64,000 bases of DNA from a virus, in IMG/VR virus record IMGVR_UViG_3300045988_027877, positions 1 to 64,000 of that record. One strand, written 5' to 3'. Under the pieces are notes generated by a model, which saw only the letters and a program-made list of their open reading frames with translations, did not search any database and was not told where the DNA came from. This document shows positions 18,721-30,343 of this stretch, one piece after another (positions within the stretch are counted from its first letter, which is position 1; every line of letters starts with the position of its first letter). The position numbers and the translations under genes are program-made.

Positions 18721-19418
18721 TGAATAACCGTACTGCACATATTTAGTTTAAAGTTATCCTAGATAAGAATGCTTAGGGAGTTGCCTTCGGTGGTGCTCCT
18801 GCATTCCTACCTTAGGAGACAGACTTATTTCTTAATCAAGCTTAGATTGAGATCTTAAGTAATAAGATAAGCGGCAACAATATACTTAAGATAGGCTTTG
18901 AAGGATCTCAATAGAGAATCTCAGAACTAGATGCTTTAGTACGTACAGATAAGAATATATCTGCTACTAATACAGAGTATAATGAATTCTTATTAGAGAA
19001 TGTGCATAATGACGGGGAGAGATTCACTATATGGGGTATTCAATTGAAGTATGGTAATTACCCTACTAATTGCTTACTAGTGGATCATAATACAGCTGGT
19101 TTATTTAAGTAGACCTATAATAATATACCATGGGTGGAATTCCCAGTTGCCGTATTAGAAGATAATGATTTACTCATATATGTAGATCCTATCATGATGC
19201 AAGAGAATCAGTATAAACCTACTGATGGTAAATATGCAGTTGATATTACTTATATCAAGAAACCTACACCATTTGATTATACCAAGCCTGATAGTGAATT
19301 AGACTTACCAGATGATGTAATGAATGAGATAATTAACAGAGCTGTAGTGTTAGCATTAGAGAATATTGAATCTCAAAGAACATCAACCAAACTATAGTTG
19401 AACCAATTATCTGAATAA
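18720..19418 (+). CDS. hypothetical head-associated protein (7 in-frame TAG)
   Basis: ATG overlaps the previous TAA (TAATG). Frame traced codon by codon into track ORF 19134..19397 and on to TAA at 19416. Confidence 0.55.
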
Positions 19419-19420
19419 TT

Positions 19421-20080
19421 ATGACCGAAAGACAATTCCAAATAGCATTCGAAAGATAGTTGTAGAGTATAGTTCCGGGATATAATACTACTATTAAGCT
19501 TACTTCAGATATGATATTCCATTATATCAATAGGAGTAAAGATGAATATGTTAAGTCATTATATAGAGTTTTCCAACAGAACCAAGAAATAACAGATAAA
19601 CTACGTACTTTAGTAAGTAAGAAGATATACACTAAATCTGACTTTAGTACAGAAGATAATAGATGGTTAACAGACTATCCTGAAGATTATGTGTTTACAG
19701 TAGGTGAAGAAGTTTATATTGATATTTATTCTAATGCTTGCCCACTCTTAGTAGTTAGGACAAGAGACGTGTTAGAAGCTACTATAGAAACAGTAGACAG
19801 AATTCTAGAAAACAGTCTGTCAGAATACCACTTACACCATAATCAAGCCAGACCTGTTCGCTTATATACGGAGAACAAGATAGTCTTGATAACTGATGGT
19901 AAGTATGGTATTACTAAGTATATTGTAACTTACTTAAGAAATCCTAAAGATTTAGGTAGTAATCTGAAAGAAGAATACACAGAGTTACCTGAAGTAACTC
20001 ACCAAGAAATTGTTGATGCTGCGGTTAGACTATATCTATCAGAAGCTGCTTCAACTAAGTCAGATAGATCTGACGATTAA
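19421..20080 (+). CDS. hypothetical structural protein (2 in-frame TAG)
   Basis: MTERQFQIAFER[TAG]L[TAG]SIVPG... is in frame with track ORF 19511..20080. Confidence 0.55.
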
Positions 20081-20176
20081 TAAGCGTTCATCGACGTGGA
20101 AATCTGAAATAAGGAAAGTAGAAGATGAATTAAGTTGACATGAGCGCGCATTGTTAAACTAAATAATTAAAACAAC

Positions 20177-21157
20177 ATGTTACAACACGTAGATTATATT
20201 CTAATCGGTAAGAATCTGCCTGCATCATATACTACAGCTGATGCACTTTCAGCAGGTGACGTTGCTTTGTTCGACCAGAATAGAGCTATCATTAAAACAG
20301 CTGCTGATGCAGTAAACGCTACTTCTTTGTATGTAGGTGTAGCTCAGAACAAGATCAATGTAACTATGCCGGATGGCACAGTTGCACAGAAAGCTAATAT
20401 TAAATTCGGTAATGAAATCCAGAAGGCTTCTAAACCATCTGCTGTAATTGGCGAATATGTAGCTCCTGTTCAAGATAAAATTGTTATCACTCTTACTGAC
20501 GCTGAGATCGTTGCTGGTCACAGATATGTACTGAGAATGGTATACAAAGATATCTATGAAGCACCGGGTCAGTTTACCCATACTTATGAAGTATACGCTA
20601 ACTCTGCTGATGCTGAGGATTTAGCTGCTGCTATCGTTAAGAAAATCAACAAACACAAAAATCGTAGAATTCAGGCTCAAGCTTCTGCTGCTGTTATTAC
20701 TTTGACCGCAATGGAAAAAGATGATAACGAAGGCGTTTACTCTTTGAGTGAATACTCAGTAGTTAGCATGGAAGCTACTCTTTACACTACTATTCCGGGT
20801 GCTCTGTTGAGCAATCAGCCGATGGCTATTCCGGGTGCTACTATTGTTAAAACTCCTGGTACACCGGGTAAAGGTTACTGGAAACAAGTACGTGATGCTG
20901 AAGTACGCTTCATGGGTTACCAAGGTCATGTATTTACTGGTGCATATCCCGAAGTAGAACAGGCTAGAATGGTAGAAGAAGGTGCTACTTACGATTACAT
21001 TACTATCGAAAATGATAATCTGTACTTGAGTAATGATAACCAATATATCAAAACTACTCCGCTTACTACTGAATTGTATGTTAAGCATTCAAGTGGTTTT
21101 GCTAATTCTATCGTTGCTAAAGGTATCGAAGCATTTATTTCTGGTAAAGCAGCCTAA
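20177..21157 (+). CDS. abundant virion protein candidate (TAG-free, capsid-like codon usage)
   Basis: 326 aa with no TAG. Preceded by the CTAAATAA motif and followed by a terminator. Confidence 0.55.
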   Translation: MLQHVDYILIGKNLPASYTTADALSAGDVALFDQNRAIIKTAADAVNATSLYVGVAQNKINVTMPDGTVAQKANIKFGNEIQKASKPSAVIGEYVAPVQDKIVITLTDAEIVAGHRYVLRMVYKDIYEAPGQFTHTYEVYANSADAEDLAAAIVKKINKHKNRRIQAQASAAVITLTAMEKDDNEGVYSLSEYSVVSMEATLYTTIPGALLSNQPMAIPGATIVKTPGTPGKGYWKQVRDAEVRFMGYQGHVFTGAYPEVEQARMVEEGATYDYITIENDNLYLSNDNQYIKTTPLTTELYVKHSSGFANSIVAKGIEAFISGKAA

Positions 21158-21178
21158 TAATAAATTACTGTAATAACG

Positions 21179-21226
21179 AAGTGGGGCGGGTTGGATTATT
21201 CCTTCCCACTCCACTTTTTTTATTTT
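21179..21226 (+). terminator. rho-independent terminator
   Basis: aagtgg...ccactt stem (alternative gtggg/cccac) followed by tttttttatttt. Confidence 0.55.
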
Positions 21227-21232
21227 GATAAT

Positions 21233-21853
21233 ATGAATAAAATAGTAAACGCAAATATAAAAGACGATGTACTTAAGTTCGAAGTAGTATCAGATGTATC
21301 TATCGTTGGAGATTAGATAGGTCATACTATTTATGTAAACGAATGTAGCAACATCGACAATTTGTACAGTGACGATCCTGAGCTCCAAGACTACGTGTTT
21401 GACAGCACTAATAGTACTATTACAGTAAGATAGATAGTTAAAGAAGGCGAGCCAGAATTGGTAACTACTGTATATAACTATGAAATTAGTATTACATCTA
21501 ATAAGATTAGTAGCTTTGATGGTAACATGAAGTATATCAAGATGTATTGTACTACCGAGAATTATGTAAGTGATTACATAGACGGAATCGTATACGATCC
21601 TAATACGTTATATAATGCTGAGATTAAGATGTTACATAGTTATTGTAGCACTTGCTTAGACGATAAGTAGATGTAGAAAATAATGATATTAGTGTTCAAA
21701 AGACAGTTGTTAGAATAGGCTATTGCTACTTCTCATAATAAAGAAGCAATGCAGTATTATTTAGATTTGACACGTCTAATGGGCGTTAATGTTAGTAAAA
21801 CAAATGAAGGTAATGGATGCTAGAAATGTATTAACGGGGTGTGCTCGTTGTAA
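21233..21853 (+). CDS. hypothetical structural protein (6 in-frame TAG)
   Basis: ATG 21233 is in frame with track ORF 21458..21670 and continues through TAGs to TAA at 21851. Confidence 0.5.
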
Positions 21854-22079
21854 ATGTTGCAAGCGTAACAATGAATGTATCCGTCCTCTAGATCAATTCT
21901 TTTTCGTTACTGTAGACTATAAAGGTAACTTAGTACTAATATCTGATTATGTTGATTACCCTACTGTAGAAGTAGATATGACAGATCAATAGATTACCTT
22001 TCATGACGATAATGTGACGGACTTCAATAAACCTGATACTAAACTGTTCTATAATGGAGTACACAAAATTACTTGGTAA
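21789..22079 (+). CDS. small Cys-rich protein (one in-frame TAG)
   Basis: Track ORF 21789..21992 continues past its TAG to TAA at 22077. Contains CARCKCCKRNNEC. Confidence 0.4.
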
Positions 22080-23205
22080 AGTAACCTTAACAACAGATGG
22101 ATTACACGATAGTGCTAAATCCTACGATAGACTGTGCTTAGTATATGACTCAGCATACAGATCCTTTATATCTATTAAGGATGTACCTGCTAACGTTAGT
22201 ATTGATAATAGATCGTACTGGCAACCTTTAAGTATAATTACAGCTGATAATGAAGACTTAATGGTTGATGAAAATCTACGTATTAAGTTTGCTGATAAGG
22301 AGTATGCGCCACTAGAGAATAGTGGTATGGGTTATAAGATACTACGCAAGAGAAAGAACAATATACTTACTCAAGATGATTTCGAAGCTCACACATTGTA
22401 TGTAGTTGAGTATGACTTCTACTTGGGAGGTGAAACTATAATTATGCCAGAAGATTGTGCAATATATTTCAAAGGTGGTACTATTAATGGAGGTACATTA
22501 ACTGGTACAGATACTATTGCATATGGTACTGTTACGCGTAAAGGTGATGCTACCTTTGACGGTACATGGTTAGAATCTGGTTCTGGCAGTGGAGATCTAT
22601 CAGAGTTAGAAGCTAGAGTAGATAGACTAGAACAAGCTATGTTCCCATACAAGTTAACTGTAACAGGAGGTGGAGTATATAAAGAAGGTACTACTACTTC
22701 AGTAACAGTTAGATGGACATTTACTCAAGGATCTACTGAAGATACTCCTGATGATATTAAGATCAATGGCGAGTCTATTGCTACTAATTAGACTAGTAAG
22801 ACGTACTTAGATGTATCTACAGACACTACTTATACTGTAGTAGTTACTAAAGCTGGAGTAGAGTATACTGGTACTGCAAAAGCAGTATTTGTTAATCCTT
22901 CATACTTTGGTGTAGTAATAAGTAACTTTACACCCACAGAAGACGCTATTAAGAACCTGTCTAGTGGTGATATCATTAAAGATACTAAGACTTATACTAC
23001 TCCTGCATTTACACAGAATGCTCAGAAGAACTGTTACGCATACCCTAAATCATTTGGTATATTAACTAATATTAGGGATTATAACAATCAGAATCTTAAT
23101 GATTCCTATGAACATACTGAAGTAGCTGTAAACAATGAGATGTACTATGTATATGTACTTAAGACTCCATCTACTGTAACTAACTACAAGATAACATTTA
23201 ATTAA
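22054..23205 (+). CDS. tail fibre/spike protein (one in-frame TAG)
   Basis: Track ORF 22054..22791 continues in frame to TAA at 23203. Gly-rich turns YFKGGTINGGTLTGTD suggest a beta-helix. Confidence 0.5.
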
Positions 23206-23211
23206 AGATAT

Positions 23212-25953
23212 ATGATACAGATTATAGATAATTTTGATCACAGAAGTAAATTGCCTAATTTCGCAAGAGATTCATTTGCTACGCTGCAAGAGATGAGATC
23301 TTGTCCAGATAGTGATATAGATGAAGGACATATATCTTATTGTGTTGCAACTAACAAACACTACAAATTTAACTCTAGTAACTCAGCAGATGAGACTCTA
23401 GGTAAATGGCGTGAGTGGAAAGGCGAAAAAGGTGACAAGGGAGATAAAGGTGATAAAGGAGACGATGGACAAAGTATATCAGCTAACTTTACTGCATTTA
23501 TATTTACATCTAGTGAAATAACTCCTACTACTCCTACAGGAGGTAGCTGGGATCCAGATAACAATGTATTTACACCACCTACCGGTTGGTATACTACAGA
23601 CTCTAATCTAGTAGGTACTATATGGATGTCATGGGCACAATTCCTACCAACAGGTTCAATCAATGGTGTATGGGCTCCCCCAGTAAGACTAACTGGAGAA
23701 GATGGAGAGAATGGTAAAGATGGTAAATCTATAGAGTTCATATATTGCACTTCTAACAGACAACCTACTGAAGCTGATAAACCTACTAGTCCTAATGTAG
23801 ATGGAGATGTACCAGCTGGTTGGACAGATCATCCATCAGGTATTAGTTCTACTATGCAATACGAATGGATGTGTGTTAGAACTAAGACAGATGATATCTG
23901 GTCAGATTGGAGTATTCCAACAATATGGGCTAAATGGGGATCAGATGGTAGAGACGGTGATGGTGTAGAGTATATCTACAAAAGAACTATTACTAACCAA
24001 GCACCTGATAGACCTACAGATGTATCACAAGAAGATGACTTTGTACCAGAAGGTTGGACTGATAATCCTAGTGGAGTAAATGCAGATAACATGTATGAAT
24101 GGGTATGTCAAAGAAAGTACTAGAACAATACATGGGGTGAATTTAGTACTCCGGCTTTATGGGCTAAATGGGGAGAGAAAGGAGAACCCGGTAAGGATGG
24201 TGCTGATGGTACTTCTATCAATATTAAAGGTAGTGTATCTTCAGTAGAAGAACTTCCTGGATCAGCTAACATAGGTGATGCATATGTAGTAAATGGAGAT
24301 CTACACGTATGGGATGGATTGACATGGAACAATGTAGGTGGTATTAAAGGCCCTGCTGGAGATTCAGCTTACGTACACATAGCATTCGCAGATGGTGTAG
24401 TTACTAATGAATCTGGAGAAGTAACAGAAGTAATAGGATTTACAGTATCTGGTTCTGTCAACAAAGCTTACATAGGTACTTGTGCAGACCATAATGTAGC
24501 TGACCCTCAAGATCCATTAGTATATAAATGGTAGAAGAATAAAGGAGACAAAGGCGATACGGGTGATACTGGTAAACAAGGACCACAAGGAGTTAAAGGT
24601 GATCCAGGTGAAGACGGTAGAACTTACTATACTTGGATTAGATATGCTGATACTGCTAGTGGTGGTGGTATAAGTAACTTCCCAGATGGTAAGGACTATA
24701 TCGGTTTAGCGTACAATAAAGATACAGCTATAGAGTCTAATGATCCTGATGATTATACTTGGTCTAAGATAAAAGGTGAAGAAGGCGTAGCTGGTCCAAA
24801 GGGTGACGATGGTGAAACATTATACACATGGATCAAGTACGCTGATACTTTACCTACTTCATCTAGTAGCACTATATACGATATACCTAATGATAATACT
24901 AAGTATATAGGTATATCAGTGAATAATAATACAGCTACTGAAAGTACGGATCCTATGGTATACACATGGAGTTTATTCAGAGGAAAGGATGGTATTGACG
25001 GATCTGACGGTACTAATGGTAAAGACGGTAGAGATGGTAGAATAGTATACCCAGCTGGTATATATGATGCTACTGTAACTTATACAGCTACAGATACTAA
25101 AGCTCCGTATGTATTACATGGAGAAGGTTACTGGGTAATGAATAAGACTACTAGCTGGTTAGGTACTGCAAATGAAAATAAAACTCCTTAGGATAACTAT
25201 GAAGAATTTGGAGACAATGCTACTTGGATACCTATGGAACAATTTGATGCAGTATATGCTAAGATTCTCATAGCTGATAATGGTACTCTAGGTAAATTTG
25301 TATTCAAAGGAGACTATATGTTTAGTCAACAAGGTAAAGATGGAAGTGGTAATAGTTCTAGTGACTATGAAAACTTCAATCCAGACAGACCTGATTCAGG
25401 AAACTTTTAGCCTAATCTATACATAGACGGACTTACTGGAAAAATAGTAGCTAGTAATGCTTATGTAAAAGGTTCATATAAAGAATAGGCTAAATTGGTT
25501 ACTAATTCTGATTCTTACTTCTTAGAATATGGCGGAGGTATTATAAGTGTTAATAGAAGTGTAGATGATCTTATGGGGAAAAATACCCATTAGCACGTAA
25601 GTGTTGGTAGTGGTTGGATATATAATTCAGGTAATCCTGAAAAAGAATGGTCTTCATACACTATTACTAATGTATCGGATACTCCACTTTTAATAACAAA
25701 CTATTTTTCAGGTTGTTTCAGAGCATTTAGTTATCTTAATAGTTTATATTATGGAGTAATATTACCAGATAAATATAGTTCTGTTACACTGAGAAGAGTG
25801 AGAGTGCCAGATGATACTCCTGTAGATTTTGATGGATTATCTAATGCAGGTTATGTAAACGAAATAGCTCTTATACAGCCAGGGCAAAACAGAATAACTA
25901 CTAATGTAACTTGGACAGTAGGAAGTGTTAATTACAATATGATACAACTCTAA
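23212..25953 (+). CDS. collagen-like repeat tail fibre protein (6 in-frame TAG)
   Basis: Fragments 23212, 24319 and 24919 share a frame. Several G-X-Y runs (GEKGDKGDKGDKGDDG, GDKGDTGDTGKQGPQGVKGDPGEDG, GKDGIDGSDGTNGKDGRDG). Duplicated module ...GWTD.PSG...YEW...WAKWG. TAA at 25951. Confidence 0.65.
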
Positions 25954-26975
25954 TGAAAAACATAGTAGACAAATAGCTAAGATACTCTGTTAAAATAAAC
26001 TACAGAGACGTTTTAGCATCTATATGTATTAACGAACTAGAATCTTTACTTAACAAAGTAGATTTAGTTCAAGATAGATAGATGCTAAAAGATATGATCT
26101 GTCATTGTAATAGGCATATAGGCGTAGATTCTCCTCTAGGGCTCTTTACTGTATGTAATCTGTTTACTCCTTATGAAGAACCAGAATGCTCTTACGGCAG
26201 AGTAATCTATAATATATTCCAAGTAAGAGATGGAGTGGAAGAAGCTCCTATTGATGGTAAGCAATACGCTAGATAGAATGCGCAGTGGAGTGAAGTCAAA
26301 AGTACTGGTGGTGGAGATATGGAGACAAATACTCCTTTGGTTAAACCTACTATGTTAGTAACATGGATGAATAACAGAACTGGCACTACTAGCACTTCTC
26401 TGTCAATAAATGCAGAAATAGGTGATGTATATAAATGGACAGGTAGCTACATGTGGAGTTCTAAGAGTGACTATAAAAATCCAGAAACTATGGAAAGTAA
26501 TGTATTTGATGAATTAACTTCTGATGGAGTACAATCTCCCACAGTAGAAATAGAAGTACTGTCTAATGCTAATTATTATGTTACACTTAAAGCTCCTAAG
26601 ACTGGATACGAAATAATAGATGGTTCTTTGGTTCCAGCTACTGGAGATGATAAGTAGACTGTAAATAGTAAGATTAATTTCTTATATCCTGTATATTATG
26701 GAGTAAATGGAAAATTAAATAAATAGTTAGTATCTTCTAATAATTTAACTATCTCTAATGTAACAACAAGTGGTAGTGAGTACTTTGTATATAAGTATCC
26801 TAGTAGTTTTCCTAAACTAACTACTATTACTTAGAATGATGCATATAATATAACACAAGCATTCATTTATAGTGAAGAATAGTTCACGACTGATACAGGA
26901 CTTAAATTAACAATGAGAGTATATACTTCTGCTAATCCAGGAGCATTTACTAGTGCTAAACTGAACTTTAAATGA
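25953..26975 (+). CDS. tail-associated protein (7 in-frame TAG)
   Basis: ATG overlaps the previous stop. Fragments 26082 and 26319 share the frame. TGA at 26973. Confidence 0.5.
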
Positions 26976-29900
26976 CAGAGAGTATAATCACATTCCCGTC
27001 GAAGATTGGTAGTAATAACCCTAAAGCCTATGGAGCAGTTAATGCGACATAGGTTTCTGGGCATAGACAAGTACCTACTACGAATGATCTATTCTCTATT
27101 GCTGATGCTATACTTAGTGAAAGTAAAGACAACAGTAATAATGACGCTATAGGTTAGGAATGGTATGTACAAGATAGGCATACATACTACCGATTGACCA
27201 GTTGGGAAAATAGAAATAATAGTAAAGGTTGGTCTACTGGCGGCGATGATCATAATAATACTAACATTGTTATATCTGATACTCCTCCCTTAGACATCAA
27301 CGATATATGGGCAGATGATTCAGAGAAGTCCATACCAGAGTATGTAAATGAAGATTTACAGAGTCTTATACAAGCTGTTAATGCTATTCAGAAGACTATA
27401 AAGAAGTATGAATATGCATTCAATAACTAGTTAAGTTCTGGTGACTTTACTAATAATGCAGCTGACGAGATTACTAAAGTAACTCCAGAACAGCCTGTAG
27501 AATATTAGGAATAGAATCTAAAGTATATAGGAACCAATACTCCTAGAGATCCAGAGTATCCAGCATACTCAGAGGAGATGATACCTAACCTTAAACACTT
27601 ATGTATTAAGGCTGGTAAGTATACGGATCTATTAGAGAACCAAGATAAATTTTTAAATAATGAACTATTGTGGTGTACCGATACCCAAAGACTTTATATC
27701 AAGAGTGAAGGAAGTCTAGTCTGGATTAATAAATCTGGTGGTGGTGGAGGTGAAGACCCAGACCCAGGAGAAGAAGGCATGACTAAAGACGATTTAGATA
27801 AACTAGACTACATTGGATTTGTAGCACCTAGTGGACAAACTTACCGTGTTAAAGTAAGTAATGACGGTAAGCTTATTATATACATGAAAGAACTCGATAC
27901 ACCTCAAGCAGAACCGACTGGAGGACAAACAGATCCTAGTACTGGCTGGGTGTATGTAACTTCTTTGTATTTACAGAAATTATATATTAATAGTTTATAC
28001 TGCGGAGGACTAACTGCAGATGAACATAGCTATAATTACTGTTCACATAATTTTGTAGAATTATCCAATCTAACTGATGCGGATATTAATCTAAATGGAC
28101 TATCGTTATAGTACTCTAGTGGTGGTACTAATTGGGAAGTTCTTCCCCTTGAAGGGCTAATTAAAAAAGGAGAAACATTTCTTATTAGAGGAGCGCAATG
28201 CTCAGTAATGGATGCAAATACTACTCGTATCAAAGTAAACAGTTATGATATGGAATGGTATGCTAAAGACGGACAGTTAATTAAGTTTGATAATACTAAA
28301 GCAAAGTTTTATCTTACTTGGGGTGATACTCCTTCTAGTGTAGCATCTCCATATAGTAATGTTGGAGGAAGTTATAAAGTAAGTAAAGGATATATAGATT
28401 TAGTGGGATTAAATAAAGAAAATGCCGGTGATGCAGATACTATTGATGCTAAAGAAAATAATCCATATGCTTATCTTAATTCCAACAGATTATTTACTAA
28501 GTATTATAGTATGGACCCAGTAAGTCAAGCTACTAAATCGTTGGATAAGAGAAATAATGCTAATGATTGGTATTTCGTAGATTTGACTAAAGATATTATT
28601 CCTATGATAGAATCTTATACTCCTAAGGCTACTTATGAGCATAAAAATATATTCTATAATAAAACCAAACTAGATACTACTAAACCGAACTATATTACAT
28701 GTACTTTTGGTATTCAGGCAACTGCTCCTAATGCTACTAGATGCTTTAACTGGATATCTACTGAGTATCACGACGAATTCTTATGGTATAAGAAGCAAGG
28801 AGAATCAGAATGGAACAAAGTAGAATCATTCAAAAATGAATCTGGTATTAGAAAGTATTATAATAGAATTAGATCTGAGTTTACCGATGGTACAGCATTC
28901 ACTACTCATAAAGTAATAATCAAAAATCTAAGTGCTGGAGTATACGATTACAAGGTAGTTAGAGATGAGAATTACGAAAGTGAAGTATTACATTTTACTG
29001 TACGTGAAGGATCAGATGAATTCACCTTTGTTCAAGTATCAGACCAATAGGGATTTAGATGGGATGAATATCAGATATGGAAATCATCTGCTGAATACAT
29101 CAAAGACAATGTAGCTGATATGGAGTTCACAGTAAATACTGGCGATATGACTCAAAATGGTAATCGTGTTAACGAATGGATTGACTACTATACAGGTAGA
29201 CAAGCTATGAAGGATTTCGAGGAAATGCCAGTAATTGGAAATAATGACCTGTGTCCTGCCAACATTTATCAGTTAGGTAATGGAGGTGACAGTTCAAAGA
29301 TTAATCCTAAGAACTTATCATTCTTCTATACTTTTGAAATGGATGAAGAGAATCCTCCTATTTTCAACATTGAGGGTAAGGAAGTATTCATTGATTCTCT
29401 ATATTCATTCAATTATGGCAATGTACACTTCATGGCTATCAATTCTGAGATTACAGATGGTACTGAGAAGAATGTATATGGACTGAGTACAAACGGTTTG
29501 GTATACTCTAATATGAAAACATGGTGTCAGAACGATATTAATAAGAATTCTGATAAGACATGGAAGATAGCATTTACTCATGAGTTACCATTTACTATTA
29601 TTACCCAGAATGTGATCAGTAAGTTCTATTGGGATAATACAGAAAACAGTAAGATTGAAAGATCTGGTAGTCACTTGAACTATAATACTACAGCTGATAA
29701 TAAGTATTGGTTTAGTAAATTCTGTTAGGAAAATGATATTAGATTGGCTATAGGTGGACATAAACATACATATGCAGCTACATTCCCATTGAAGGAGAAT
29801 CCAGCTAGCACTATGAAACCTATTATTCAAGTAACAGCAGAGATGCTACAAGAATCATTTGGTACTACTACTCTTGCTGCCGATAATTCAGATCCACAAC

Positions 29901-30343
29901 TAGAAGGTCAATTATTCCCATCTACATGGATTGGTAATGATGCATATAAGACTCAGAAGCACTTATGTACATTTGAGTTAGTAGATAGGATAACTGCTCC
30001 TGTATACATTACTAATCAAGCTACAGGTTATAAACACACTTCTAATAAGGAGTTGCCATCCCCTTATACTCCTTGGGATCACTACTTCTTCCCAGCTACT
30101 ATTACTCAAACTAGTCAAACAGATATTACAGCTAAAGTAAATGCTGGGCAAAGATATCCTTTCTATACTATTTATAAAGTAACAGCTAGTAATATTCAGT
30201 GCATTACTAAAAAGATTAATTACTTATTTACTTCTGCTGGTAAATATAATGTAAATATACCCAGTAGCAGCAATCCTCCTACAGCCATAGGTGGAAATGG
30301 AGAAATTAATAGTGGTAATGACGTAATAGTTATAACAAAATGA
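26972..30343 (+). CDS. large tail protein with lamin-tail-like domain and purple-acid-phosphatase-like metallophosphoesterase (8 in-frame TAG)
   Basis: Fragments 27194, 27578, 28208, 29120 and 29744 all share the frame of ATG 26972 (about 1123 aa). Motifs: NFVELSNLTDADINLNGLSL[TAG]YSSGG (lamin-tail-like); an Ig-like segment ...HKVIIKNLSAGVYDYKVV; then SDQ[TAG]G, NTGDMTQNG, VIGNNDL and GGHKHTY (phosphoesterase). Confidence 0.6.
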
